From a bacterium (GTDB lineage: Bacteria; Patescibacteriota; Dojkabacteria; JAOAGR01; JBAXGO01), in the NCBI GenBank assembly GCA_037139335.1, contig JBAXGO010000003.1, positions 1-49,952 of the forward strand: a stretch of 49,952 nucleotides of DNA, written 5' to 3'. A model generated the notes under the pieces. That model made no database searches, was not told the origin of the DNA, and was given only the letters and a program-made list of their open reading frames with translations. Positions 28,833 through 38,712 of the stretch are shown here, one piece after another. How positions within the stretch are numbered: position 1 is the first letter of the stretch; each line of letters starts with the position of its first letter. The position numbers and the translations under genes were made by a program.

Positions 28833-30086
28833 ATGAAATATAATATGAATTCTCATACAACAAAAACAACGCACAAGTCTGGAATTAGACTTGTTACACA
28901 TAATATTCCCGACACACCATCTGTTTATATTAGTATCTTCGTTCATACTGGTTCAAGATTTGAAACAGCAGATAATGCTGGAATTGCACATTTTTTTGAA
29001 CATATGGTATTCAAAGGAACTACCAAAAGACCTTCTCCTCACCAAATATTTTATGATCTTGAAATGATTGGTGCAGAAGCTAATGCTGTTACATCTCAGG
29101 AGTTTACGGCTTACTTTATTAAGGTTTTGAAACAAAATCTAGAATCTGGTTTTGAAATATTATCTGATGCTTTTTTACATAGTCTTTTTATTGAAGAAGA
29201 AGTTGATAAAGAAAGAGGCGTCATTAAAGAAGAAATAAAAATGTATGAAGATGATCCATCAGAATATGCGACAGATCAGCTTGTAGAAAATTTGTACCCG
29301 AATGATCAATACGGAAGAAATATTGCTGGAACTATAGATGGAATGAACAAATTGAATGGACAAATGATAAAAGACTTTTATAAATCTCATTATTTTGCTG
29401 AGAATACTGTAATTGTAGCTGCTGGAGACATAACCCATTCTCAGTTAGAAGAGTTAATTGATAGATATTTTTCTGAATATCCTCACGGTGAATATCATGA
29501 ACCAGAGTTTACTCCTGAACCTTTCACCTCATCGGAGATGGTATACACGAAAGATGTTCAGCAGGCTCAATTGAGAATGGCAACATATTCTGTTCCGTTT
29601 TCTGATCCCGATAGGTATAAAATTAGTGTCGCTACATCTGTTTTGGGCTCTGGTGCTGGATCAAGATTGTTTATTGAAGTTAGAGAAAAACTTGGGCTAG
29701 CCTATAACATATACGCATATAACAATCATTGGTCTCAGTCTGGTTATGTTGCTATTGATGCTGGCTTAATGCCTGACAAAATTGAAACTGTAAAAAATAT
29801 TGTCCTGAAAGAAATAAAAAATCTGTCTGATGGAGATTTTACCGATAATGATTTACATAGAGCAAAAGAATTATACAAAGCTTCATTACTTATGAATATG
29901 GATACTACGGATAGCTGGACATGGTTTCTGGGAAAATACGAATGTCTATATGGAAATATGTATACTATTGATGAGGTGATAAAAGGAATCGATGATGTTA
30001 CGCGAGACGATATAATATCTGTAATGTCAAAATTAGCAGTTAGCAACTGGCATACTACTGTGGTGAAGGGGGGCTCGGAAAATTAA
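28833..30086 (+). CDS. M16 (pitrilysin/insulinase) family zinc peptidase
   Basis: GIAHFFEHMVFKGT (HXXEH), ANAVTS, ERGVIKEE, SRLFIEVREKLGLAY. Confidence 0.93.
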   Translation: MKYNMNSHTTKTTHKSGIRLVTHNIPDTPSVYISIFVHTGSRFETADNAGIAHFFEHMVFKGTTKRPSPHQIFYDLEMIGAEANAVTSQEFTAYFIKVLKQNLESGFEILSDAFLHSLFIEEEVDKERGVIKEEIKMYEDDPSEYATDQLVENLYPNDQYGRNIAGTIDGMNKLNGQMIKDFYKSHYFAENTVIVAAGDITHSQLEELIDRYFSEYPHGEYHEPEFTPEPFTSSEMVYTKDVQQAQLRMATYSVPFSDPDRYKISVATSVLGSGAGSRLFIEVREKLGLAYNIYAYNNHWSQSGYVAIDAGLMPDKIETVKNIVLKEIKNLSDGDFTDNDLHRAKELYKASLLMNMDTTDSWTWFLGKYECLYGNMYTIDEVIKGIDDVTRDDIISVMSKLAVSNWHTTVVKGGSEN

Positions 30087-30118
30087 GAATTAAGAATTAA
30101 AAGTTCTGAGGAAAAGTA

Positions 30119-30263
30119 TGTCATGCCACTTAGTGTTCTATAACGCTACGTTGTAAGAGTCCTCTGCGAAGAGGGGTGCCGATCTTGTCTTCAAAAAAGA
30201 TCCCTCCCTCGGTGTAAAATAATCCGTCAAGATCCCTCATTTCATTCGGGATGATATCTTGTC
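30119..30263. repeat. REP-like/REPIN-like element (copy 3)
   Basis: AGATCCCTCATTTCATTCGGGATGAT at 30230-30255 (ATCCC/GGGAT stem, 11-nt loop); partial AGATCCCTC at 30198; inverted TGTCAT at 30119. Confidence 0.6.
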
Positions 30264-30274
30264 AAACCATCCAA

Positions 30275-31591
30275 CTATTTTTTATCCTTGAATATTTTTA
30301 CAGCGAAGCGGACTAAAAAGAAAATTAGAACTCCTACAGCTATATTTCGAGAAAATAATAATAATTGACCAATAAGTTCTTTCTTCTGTATTAAGTTATA
30401 AAGTAGGGGATAAACCAACAGTGTTAAAGATGTAATTGATATAAGTATTATTAGAATTTTTTTTCTATCCTTCTTATGCTCGTCTTTTGATAGTAATGCG
30501 AGTAGGGGAATGAAAGTAATTATCCATATTATGTATTGTGGTGAAAAGACTTTATTGAAAAATAAAAAGATACTAATTAATGTTATGGAAAATAATACTA
30601 TTATGTGAGTTATTTTTTCGTAAGAAAGTATGTGTTTTTTAAATCTTGTTAAAAAGTACCCGAAAAGAGCATAAATTGCCGCACAGCCAAGTCCTATTAA
30701 TGGCAGAGATGTCTTTCCAATAGTTTCTGTATAATCATTGTTTATTTCAAGTGCACCATATTGAATTGTAACGTTTGTTTTGATAAAACCTGCTTTTTCA
30801 AGCAAAAATAATCCAGAGGCGTAAGTGCTTTCTATTTGGATATCTCTTTCAGTTTGGTATTTTAAAAAATCTTGGAACCTGCCACTCCCGGATAAAATAA
30901 ATGGAATATTTATGAATAAAATAATAAGGAATATTAAGATGCTGATTATTATATTTGTCCATTTCGCTCTGAAAATTTCTGTCATTATTAACAATGGAAT
31001 TATCAAGAAAGGGTATAGTTTCAAGAAACCAGCTAAGACTATTAATAATATAGCGATTATAAATATAATTCTTTTATTTTTATTTAAATATAGAATGTAA
31101 AGACCGACTCCAATTGCTGTTAATATTGCTGGAAAAATGTCGTATCGCGTAAAAACAAGTGTCCCCGTTAAAATTAAGCATAAAAGTGATATTAAGCTAT
31201 ATTTCGCTATTGTTTTTTTATCGATTGCTAATTTTAATAATAGCGAATTGCTAATTAAAAAATATATAATTATCCATAAACCAACTAATAAACAATAAAG
31301 GGAGGCAAAGATTGGGTTGCTGAAACCATTCGTGAAAGATAGTGGAAAAGTAATAAAATACGGTGCTAAAGGAGGGTATTCAATAAAAAAGTCTTTGTAT
31401 GGTATTTGCCCGTGAGATATATAATCGTAAATTCGGAAATAAAGTGTTCTTTCCCATCCCCAAAGACCATTTCCAATATAATCTGGAATGGAGAGTATTG
31501 CGAAGATAAGAGATACTAAAAAAGTAATCAGAACTATTGTTTTTATATTAAATCCTAATTTGAATTTAAAATTATTTATAATTTTTGTCAT
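30275..31591 (-). CDS. GT-C fold glycosyltransferase family 87 (mannosyltransferase-like)
   Basis: PYKDFFIEYPPLA, RYDIFPA, LKLYP, NKVFSPQYIIW; multi-TM. Confidence 0.8.
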   Translation of the reverse strand: MTKIINNFKFKLGFNIKTIVLITFLVSLIFAILSIPDYIGNGLWGWERTLYFRIYDYISHGQIPYKDFFIEYPPLAPYFITFPLSFTNGFSNPIFASLYCLLVGLWIIIYFLISNSLLLKLAIDKKTIAKYSLISLLCLILTGTLVFTRYDIFPAILTAIGVGLYILYLNKNKRIIFIIAILLIVLAGFLKLYPFLIIPLLIMTEIFRAKWTNIIISILIFLIILFINIPFILSGSGRFQDFLKYQTERDIQIESTYASGLFLLEKAGFIKTNVTIQYGALEINNDYTETIGKTSLPLIGLGCAAIYALFGYFLTRFKKHILSYEKITHIIVLFSITLISIFLFFNKVFSPQYIIWIITFIPLLALLSKDEHKKDRKKILIILISITSLTLLVYPLLYNLIQKKELIGQLLLFSRNIAVGVLIFFLVRFAVKIFKDKK

Positions 31592-31630
31592 ATATACTAG
31601 AGAATATTAGAAAATACCAAAAAAATGTTA

Positions 31631-31734
31631 TATACTCAATCCTGTGCGAGATTATGGGTTATCAATCAAAGATTACGATAGAGTTTTCCCCTCGAGTTTT
31701 GTAATGTTTGATTCCGTAATTCGTAATCCCAATC
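31631..31734 (+). promoter_or_regulatory. fusA -10 box and heptamer-based inverted-repeat leader
   Basis: TATACT at 31631; GATTATG/GATTACG units at 31650-31677 complementary to CGTAATT/CGTAATC/CCAATC at 31715-31734. Confidence 0.4.
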
Positions 31735-31763
31735 TTTAAATTGTATTTATTAAAAAAAATTAT

Positions 31764-33863
31764 ATGGCTACGGACAACAGAAATATTCCGTTAAACCTGA
31801 TTAGGAATATCGGGATTATCGCTCATATTGACGCTGGTAAAACTACCACGACAGAGCGTATTCTTTATTATACAGGTAGAACTCACAAAATAGGTGAAGT
31901 GCATGAAGGTGCCGCAACTATGGACTGGATGGTTCAAGAACAGGAAAGAGGAATCACAATCACATCTGCAGCTACAACTGCTTTTTGGACATTAAATGGT
32001 GTTTTACATAGAATTAATATTATTGATACACCTGGACATGTTGATTTCACTGTTGAAGTAGAAAGATCTCTAAGAGTTTTGGATGGTGCTGTAGCATTAC
32101 TTGATGGAAGTCAGGGTGTTGAAGCTCAAACTGAAACAGTATGGAGACAAGCTGATAAATACAATGTTCCTAGAATTATTTTCTGCAATAAGATTGATAA
32201 AGTTGGTGGAGATTTTTACTCATCACTTCAAAGTGTCAAAGACAGACTTGGGGTCAAAGTAGTTCCATTAATAATTCCTATTGGTCAGGAAGGTGACTTC
32301 AAAGGTATCATTGATTTAGTTCATATGAAGGCTATCGTTTATTTGGACGATATGGGCAAGGAATATGAATATCAAGAAATACCTGCTGAATACTTAGATA
32401 AAGCTAAAGAATATCGTGAAGCAATGATTGATGCTGTTGCAGAATACGATGAAGCTGTAATGGAGAAATTCCTTGGTGGTGAAGAATTAACTGAGGAAGA
32501 AATTAACAAGGCAATTAGAATGGGTACTATTCAGAATGCTATTTACCCAATGGTTGGAGGCTCAAGTTTGAAAAACAAAGGTGTTCAATTCTTACTAGAC
32601 TGTGTATTGAGATATTTACCATCTCCATTGGATGTAAACGATGGAATAGTAAAAGGTATTAATCCAAAAGATGAGTCAGAAATAGAAAGACATGCATCTG
32701 ATAAGGAACCCTTTTCTGGACTTGCATTTAAAGTTGCTACCGATCCTAATGTTGGTAAGTTAGTTTTCTTTAGAGTGTATAGTGGAGTTTTGAAATCTGG
32801 TACTTATGTCGAAAATTCAACAAAAGAAGAAAAAGAAAGAGTAAGTAGAGTCCTTTTGATGCATGCTAACCATAGAGAAGAAGTCTCAGAAGTTAGAGCT
32901 GGTGAAATTGCAGCATTGGTAGGGATGAAAACATTAGGAACTGGAGATACAATATGTGATCCAGAAAATCCAATTATTTTGGAAAATATTACTTTCCCAG
33001 AACCTGTTCTACAACAAGCTATTGAGCCTGCATCGAAAAATGATCAAGATAAACTAGGTAATGCAATTGGCAAACTTTTGGAAGAAGATCCTACATTAAG
33101 AATGCAAACAGATCCAGAAACAGGTCAAATGGTTATGTCAGGTATGGGTGAAGTTCATTTGGAAGTAATTGTGGATAGATTGAGAAGAGAATTTGGTGTA
33201 AGTGTAAATGTTGGAGCACCAATGGTCGCATTCAGAGAAACTATTTCTGCTGTTGCAGAAGCAGAAGGTAAATATATCAAACAGTCTGGTGGTAGAGGTC
33301 AATACGGTCACTGTTGGATTAGAGTTGAACCTTTGGAAAGAGGTGCTGGATTCGTATTTGTTAATGAAGTAAAAGGTGGATCAATTCCAAATAATTATAT
33401 TCCTTCAATTGAAAAAGGTATTAGAAAAACCTTGGAAAGTGGAGTAATGGCTGGTTACCCAATTCAGGATATTAAAGCCGTTGTTTACGATGGTTCTTAT
33501 CACGAAGTTGATTCTTCTGATGCCGCATTTCAGGCTGCAGGATCTATTGGCTTCAAAGAAGCTATGCGAAATGCAAGACCAGTAATACTTGAACCTATTA
33601 TGGCAGTTGAAACAGTTGTTCCTGAAGAATACTTTGGTACAGTTACAGGTATGGTTAACTCCAAGAGAGGTATGATTCTTGGTACTGATCAAAGAGGTAA
33701 TGCTAAAGTTATTCACTCAGAAATTCCACTAGCAAATCTATTCGGTTTTGCTCTTGAAATAAGAAGTGCAACACAGGGTAGAGCAACTCCTTCAATGGAA
33801 TTCAAAAAGTATGAAATAGTTCCTGCAAATATTGCAGAAGGTATTGCTAAGAAAACAAAATAA
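31764..33863 (+). CDS. fusA: Elongation factor G
   Basis: [52 protein letters not shown]. Confidence 0.98.
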   Translation: MATDNRNIPLNLIRNIGIIAHIDAGKTTTTERILYYTGRTHKIGEVHEGAATMDWMVQEQERGITITSAATTAFWTLNGVLHRINIIDTPGHVDFTVEVERSLRVLDGAVALLDGSQGVEAQTETVWRQADKYNVPRIIFCNKIDKVGGDFYSSLQSVKDRLGVKVVPLIIPIGQEGDFKGIIDLVHMKAIVYLDDMGKEYEYQEIPAEYLDKAKEYREAMIDAVAEYDEAVMEKFLGGEELTEEEINKAIRMGTIQNAIYPMVGGSSLKNKGVQFLLDCVLRYLPSPLDVNDGIVKGINPKDESEIERHASDKEPFSGLAFKVATDPNVGKLVFFRVYSGVLKSGTYVENSTKEEKERVSRVLLMHANHREEVSEVRAGEIAALVGMKTLGTGDTICDPENPIILENITFPEPVLQQAIEPASKNDQDKLGNAIGKLLEEDPTLRMQTDPETGQMVMSGMGEVHLEVIVDRLRREFGVSVNVGAPMVAFRETISAVAEAEGKYIKQSGGRGQYGHCWIRVEPLERGAGFVFVNEVKGGSIPNNYIPSIEKGIRKTLESGVMAGYPIQDIKAVVYDGSYHEVDSSDAAFQAAGSIGFKEAMRNARPVILEPIMAVETVVPEEYFGTVTGMVNSKRGMILGTDQRGNAKVIHSEIPLANLFGFALEIRSATQGRATPSMEFKKYEIVPANIAEGIAKKTK

Positions 33864-33879
33864 AATTTCTTGGAATTAT

Positions 33880-33908
33880 GGGACTCGTAAATGAGTCCCT
33901 TTTTTTTT
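33880..33908 (+). terminator. Intrinsic terminator of fusA
   Basis: GGGACTC-gtaaat-GAGTCCC followed by a long T-run. Confidence 0.9.
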
Positions 33909-34083
33909 AAAATCTTTGGAGACTTTACAGAAAATAAAAAATAATCATATTATTAAGAAGAAGGGGATCGTTATTATTTCTTTTACTATAATTTTCTTTA
34001 AATTATAGTTTACAAATAGTTATTATGTTATTTATTTAAAATTTAATAAAAACTGCTCAGTCAAATGCTACTGGAATCAAAAA

Positions 34084-34178
34084 ACCTCATTGATAGCACG
34101 AAAAGCTATCGCCGAAGATAGATGCTATATATATCTTATCTATTTACTTACACCATGCTTTGCTTTACTATGTGAGGT
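34084..34178 (+). promoter_or_regulatory. Candidate multi-stem 5' leader of the CAP-domain gene
   Basis: ACCTCA(34084)/TGAGGT(34173) closing stem enclosing a GATAGC/GCTATC hairpin and an AGATA-GAT/ATC-T-TATCT hairpin. Confidence 0.35.
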
Positions 34179-34191
34179 ATAGAGTGTTGAA

Positions 34192-35652
34192 ATGTTTTTA
34201 AAAAAATCGAAAAGAAAAATAAAAATTACTGGGCATCACTATCGTGTACTATCCCTGTTATCGTCATTTCTTGTAATATTAATATTTAATCTTATTGTTG
34301 CCCCATTGCTGGGGTTAAGTTTTACAAAGGCAAGTGCTGCTACATATATTGATACAGCTAGGCTTGTCGATTTGGCAAACCAAAGTAGATCTGATAATGG
34401 TCTTGGTTATGTAAAAGTTGATCAAAGACTTATTAATGCTGCTACGAATAAAGCTATAGACATGTTCAAGAAACAGTACTGGTCTCATTATGGTCCTACA
34501 GGTGAAACTCCATGGCAGTTTATAAATGATTCAGGTTATACCTACACATTTGCTGGAGAAAACTTAGCCAAAGATTTCACAAGTGCTGATTCAGTTCATA
34601 CTGCTTGGATGAATAGTAGTGGACATCGAGCTAATTTGCTTAAACCTGAATATTTAAACATCGGTATTGCAGCGGTTAGTGGTAAACAAATTTGTGACGG
34701 TTTATATCCTAACTTTCAGGACAATACTCTCAAAACATGCTTGGATACTACTATTGTTGTTCAAATGTTTGGAGATCCTTCTGCTGATATTAATACTGCA
34801 CCAACAACAATAAAAAATAATGTTTCATCAAATAATAAAGTACAAAATAATGGTACGGATGATGTTGTGCGGCCTCAAATAACAGAGCCTTTGAATAATG
34901 TTTATATTAATAGTAATGCAATTGATATAAAAGGAACCGCACCGGAAAACAATGAAGTCACCGTCTATGATGGCGATACCAAAGTGGGGACGATAACAGC
35001 TGATGGAGGTGCCTTTGATATGAAAGAAGTTGTTTTCGATGATGGTCAACATACTATTAGTGCTACTTCAAAAACTTTGACGGGAGCTGTTTCAAAATCG
35101 TCAGACCCTGTGAATATTACTGTTGATACTATCAAACCTGTCTTACTTCACGATACTGCAAAAATAATTAAAAATGAAGATGGTTCATATAATATTCAAA
35201 TACAAGCATCTGATGATACTGTTAGTATTACAGCTAGTTCAGGTGTAAATGGTATCGACTTGCAGAAACAAGGTAATGTCTTTGCTGGAGATCTTTTCGT
35301 CTCTTCTGGGAATGTTGGAGTCGCTTTATCGGCGTATGATAGATCTGGTAATAAAGCAATTGATATTGTTGCATTACCTGATATTTATTTGGATTCTCAA
35401 TCTACGGCAAATACATTCCTAGGGTTAACTAATAAAAGTATTAAGCAAGTTGTTAATATTTCTTTTGCCTTAATACTTCTTGCCTTCTTTATATTTGAGG
35501 TAATATTCATATTTTTCAAAGAAAGTAAGGCAGGTAAAAATCCACTAGATCCTAAATTAAATCAATATAAATATTTATCAATTCATCATACAGTTCCTAT
35601 AGCTGTTGTTTTGGTTGCATTAGTATTAACTGTTTCAGGAAATATAATATGA
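34192..35652 (+). CDS. CAP (SCP) domain protein with bacterial Ig-like domain and C-terminal TM helices
   Basis: N.SRS..G, YWSH, FAGENLA, AWMNSSGHRANLL; RPQITEP..IKGTAPEN..V.VYDG..VDTIKP (Big-like). Confidence 0.85.
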   Translation: MFLKKSKRKIKITGHHYRVLSLLSSFLVILIFNLIVAPLLGLSFTKASAATYIDTARLVDLANQSRSDNGLGYVKVDQRLINAATNKAIDMFKKQYWSHYGPTGETPWQFINDSGYTYTFAGENLAKDFTSADSVHTAWMNSSGHRANLLKPEYLNIGIAAVSGKQICDGLYPNFQDNTLKTCLDTTIVVQMFGDPSADINTAPTTIKNNVSSNNKVQNNGTDDVVRPQITEPLNNVYINSNAIDIKGTAPENNEVTVYDGDTKVGTITADGGAFDMKEVVFDDGQHTISATSKTLTGAVSKSSDPVNITVDTIKPVLLHDTAKIIKNEDGSYNIQIQASDDTVSITASSGVNGIDLQKQGNVFAGDLFVSSGNVGVALSAYDRSGNKAIDIVALPDIYLDSQSTANTFLGLTNKSIKQVVNISFALILLAFFIFEVIFIFFKESKAGKNPLDPKLNQYKYLSIHHTVPIAVVLVALVLTVSGNII

Positions 35653-36506
35653 TAACAATTAGACAAAAAATAATTAATGAATATTTTGATATTAGGTCGT
35701 TGATATATACACTTTTAATATTTACCTCTTTGCTTTTTTTAATAAACGTGAAGCAGATGGGGGCTGATGGAGTAGTGTACATACTTATTTTAATAGGATT
35801 GATACTTGTTTCAATTTCAGAATTTCTTTTTTCTATTAAACTTTATTCGTCGGTTTATCATAAGCAACATGAACTAAGGACTGTCTTTAAAAGAATCCGA
35901 AAACATCATATGTACAATATTATATTGATGCCTGTCGTACAATATACTATTTGTGCAGCAATTATTTACTTTGGAAATGATATTATTCTAAATACAATTT
36001 CGGTTATAGTTACTTCTATAATGACTTATTTTACATTTTATTGTTATAGAAATATTTATACTTCGTATTTGAAAACTGAAGCTTATATAGATTCTTTTTT
36101 TGATTCGTCTAGATATTTATCTTTTGCTTTTATTTCGTATTTAGCGCTTCTATTGCAAAATATTTATGCATATCCAAGATCGTTAACCGCTGCTATTTTG
36201 GGGCTTATACAATTTGTGTATTTAATTTCTTCGCTATGGAGAAAAGAAAAATTAAATTTTATAAATACATTCATCTCGATAACTGTATCTATATTACTAA
36301 GCGGATATGTATATTTAAGTCTGATTTTATTTCAAGAACAAAAAACAATTGCATTATTACTTATAACTTCGCAGGTCGTACTATGGGATTATGTTATTAC
36401 TAGTATTTTTATGAAGTGGGTAGAAAAAAAGATATCTGTGCTTGTTATTCTTGAATATATTCTTGTTGCTATGATTGCGTTGACCCTGCTTTACTTTTCT
36501 AAATAA
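35649..36506 (+). CDS. Hypothetical integral membrane protein, translationally coupled to the CAP gene
   Basis: ATGA overlap with the upstream stop; about 8 hydrophobic segments. Confidence 0.7.
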   Translation: MITIRQKIINEYFDIRSLIYTLLIFTSLLFLINVKQMGADGVVYILILIGLILVSISEFLFSIKLYSSVYHKQHELRTVFKRIRKHHMYNIILMPVVQYTICAAIIYFGNDIILNTISVIVTSIMTYFTFYCYRNIYTSYLKTEAYIDSFFDSSRYLSFAFISYLALLLQNIYAYPRSLTAAILGLIQFVYLISSLWRKEKLNFINTFISITVSILLSGYVYLSLILFQEQKTIALLLITSQVVLWDYVITSIFMKWVEKKISVLVILEYILVAMIALTLLYFSK

Positions 36507-36518
36507 TCATATACTAAA

Positions 36519-36540
36519 AATCTACGCTTTCACGTAGATT
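36519..36540. terminator. Hairpin/terminator between convergent genes
   Basis: AATCTACG-ctttca-CGTAGATT with flanking A-run. Confidence 0.65.
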
Positions 36541-36673
36541 TGTGGTTGGTTAGAAGCTTTTTTACTATATAGATAGTATCAGTTTTTTATATGTGCCGTC
36601 AAACTGTAAAATAGTATATATAGTGATTGATTACCGATGTCCTATAGAATTATTTAACATTATCTATATAGTA

Positions 36674-36940
36674 TCAGTGCTTTTTTTTTGAGCCTTTTAA
36701 CTTAATGAATAATCTTTTTGATAATTCGAGTACATCAACGAAAACGCCCATGCTTGCTTTAGTTCTCACATCTTCGACTAAATCTGCTATTGCTTGTATC
36801 TGTTCTGATACACTAGTTGCTGTTTTTAAGACGATTGATATATCTCTTAGTATTTTTATAAAATAAAAAAAGACTCCACTTAATCCTATAAATATCATAA
36901 TCCAAAAAACAACCCAAAAGATTGTCCAAAAAATATCCAT
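36674..36940 (-). CDS. Small single-pass membrane protein with coiled-coil (DUF948-like)
   Basis: N-terminal hydrophobic helix, amphipathic helix, basic C-terminus. Confidence 0.6.
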   Translation of the reverse strand: MDIFWTIFWVVFWIMIFIGLSGVFFYFIKILRDISIVLKTATSVSEQIQAIADLVEDVRTKASMGVFVDVLELSKRLFIKLKGSKKKH

Positions 36941-37041
36941 AGCTTTAATTTGATAAATATTGCATATATAAATGTAACCTTTATATAATATATTGTAAAT
37001 AGTAGGTGAAATTTTTTACAATCCTTTTAGAATATTTTTTT

Positions 37042-37998
37042 ATGTTTTCTGAAAAGTTTGTATATTTTGAAGCTGATAAAAAGCCAAACTACAAACAAAT
37101 GTTAATTCAATCATTAATACTTAACTCGTTAATGTTAATGACTATTGGGGCTGGTATGTCTGCTGGAGGTAAAGCAGTTCTTAAGCAACGTTTTCGTTTG
37201 CCGGATGCAAATTTTAGTGAAGAAGATTTTTTGAGTTCACATCCAGAATATCATGGACTATCACATGTGGAATTAAAATCGTTAATTCGGCATTATGGTA
37301 TAAAAAATAAGAAAAGATATGATATCCGAAGTGAATTAGATCCTCAATTCAGAGCTGGTATGTTTAAACTTGAAGTTGCTCATTTATTTCATAAAAATTT
37401 ATGTCTTGATATTTTATCTTCTCGTGAAATGTATAATAATCCCGGGATAGCTCTATTATTAACGGTTGCTCAGCACAATGATAATTTATACGGTGGTCCT
37501 TTTTTCCCTTGGCCTTTTTATGAAAAGTTTGATGTCGAAAATCGAGGAGGAGTAGATCATTCAGTAAGAAAAAACTTTTTAGCTGTGAATCATCTACAAC
37601 AGAAATATTTAAAAAGGCTAGCTAGTCTATACAAAGGACATATAGATGATTGGTATTATCTTCCACCAAAATGGAATATTGATTCGACGTGGGAGAATTA
37701 TGGTAAATCTGTGCAAAATAATAATATTGGATTTGGAATGAGATTTGCTAGGCATGATGAAATGGAGAAGGGGATTTCTACTGTCTTAGTTCCTATACAT
37801 GCTCTAGATGGTTTGTTTTATCGTCGGACTCACAGAAAATCTATATATATTTATCCAGAAAGAGGATATGAAACATATTCTAATAGATTTCACGGTCTTC
37901 AACTTCCTCCTGAAGATATCTTTTTCGGATTAATACAATCAGAATTTTATAGAAATAAAGCAGGAAAGACCTATGAAAAGAAATTAACTAAGTGGTAA
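37042..37998 (+). CDS. Hypothetical protein
   Basis: Long open frame (GTG 37006 or ATG 37042); no recognised family. Confidence 0.6.
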   Translation: MFSEKFVYFEADKKPNYKQMLIQSLILNSLMLMTIGAGMSAGGKAVLKQRFRLPDANFSEEDFLSSHPEYHGLSHVELKSLIRHYGIKNKKRYDIRSELDPQFRAGMFKLEVAHLFHKNLCLDILSSREMYNNPGIALLLTVAQHNDNLYGGPFFPWPFYEKFDVENRGGVDHSVRKNFLAVNHLQQKYLKRLASLYKGHIDDWYYLPPKWNIDSTWENYGKSVQNNNIGFGMRFARHDEMEKGISTVLVPIHALDGLFYRRTHRKSIYIYPERGYETYSNRFHGLQLPPEDIFFGLIQSEFYRNKAGKTYEKKLTKW

Positions 37999-38002
37999 AA
38001 AA

Positions 38003-38018
38003 GACACCTTTCGGTGTC
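38003..38018 (-). terminator. Terminator of infC-rpmI-rplT
   Basis: Minus strand GACACC-GAAA-GGTGTC followed by TTTTTT. Confidence 0.8.
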
Positions 38019-38052
38019 CTCTTTAAATTTGTTTGTTAATTTATTTGTTAAT

Positions 38053-38391
38053 TTATTTGACTGCTTCGTATACAGCATCAAATGCTTTCATGTCGTTTGT
38101 TGCAAGATCTGCAAGAACCTTTCGGTCCAATAAAACATTCTTAACCTTCAAAGCTTGAATAAATTTAGAATAACTCATTCTTTCTCCAAGAGCTGCATTA
38201 ATTCTAATTATCCATATTTCTCTTAACTGTCCTTTCTTTTTTCTTCTGCCATTGAAGGCATATTGACCAGCATGATGAAATGCTTCATGTGCAACACTTA
38301 CTACCTTGCTTCTTTTCATTCTATAGCCTTTGACGGCCTTCAGTAGCTTCTTATGAGCTTTTCTTTTTGTTACGCCTCTTTTTACTCTCAT
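38053..38391 (-). CDS. rplT: 50S ribosomal protein L20
   Basis: MRVKRG, KGY, GRRKKKG..R..WI.RINAA, LDRKVLADLA. Confidence 0.97.
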   Translation of the reverse strand: MRVKRGVTKRKAHKKLLKAVKGYRMKRSKVVSVAHEAFHHAGQYAFNGRRKKKGQLREIWIIRINAALGERMSYSKFIQALKVKNVLLDRKVLADLATNDMKAFDAVYEAVK

Positions 38392-38419
38392 TTTTATATA
38401 TTTAAAATAGCTTAATAAA

Positions 38420-38614
38420 TTACTTAGACATTTGTGCTTTGAGCATTCTCGTTTGAGAATTACTTTTCAATACACGTCTCAAGCTTTTTCTCTGATGAAC
38501 CTTAGTTTTTTTCTTCATTCTAAGGTGGTTCCATTGGGATATCCCATGTTTTAATTTGCCGGTTGCTGTGAGCTTAAATCTCTTTATTGCGGCTTTTCTT
38601 GTTTTAACTTTCAT
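38420..38614 (-). CDS. rpmI: 50S ribosomal protein L35
   Basis: K.KTRKAA.KRFKLTATGK, located between infC and rplT. Confidence 0.93.
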   Translation of the reverse strand: MKVKTRKAAIKRFKLTATGKLKHGISQWNHLRMKKKTKVHQRKSLRRVLKSNSQTRMLKAQMSK

Positions 38615-38712
38615 AATAATAATTCAAATCAATCTAAATCTTTTGGTGTCACCAAAGCTGTAAAAGCATCCAGATTATACCAAAAATACGGAAAAATGCA
38701 CTAGTTGCCCGA

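Noticed and set aside
30081-30101. AATTAAG heptamer repeated about three times after the M16 stop
   Set aside because: Too short and AT-rich to be significant; no spacers, so not CRISPR
31160-31166. Extra TGTCCCC matches (also on the minus strand near 1975)
   Set aside because: Inside coding regions and lacking the AT-rich downstream part, so not counted as ECF sites
38032-38059. TTTGTTAATTTA tandem repeat at the rplT stop
   Set aside because: Two low-complexity AT-rich copies; likely slippage
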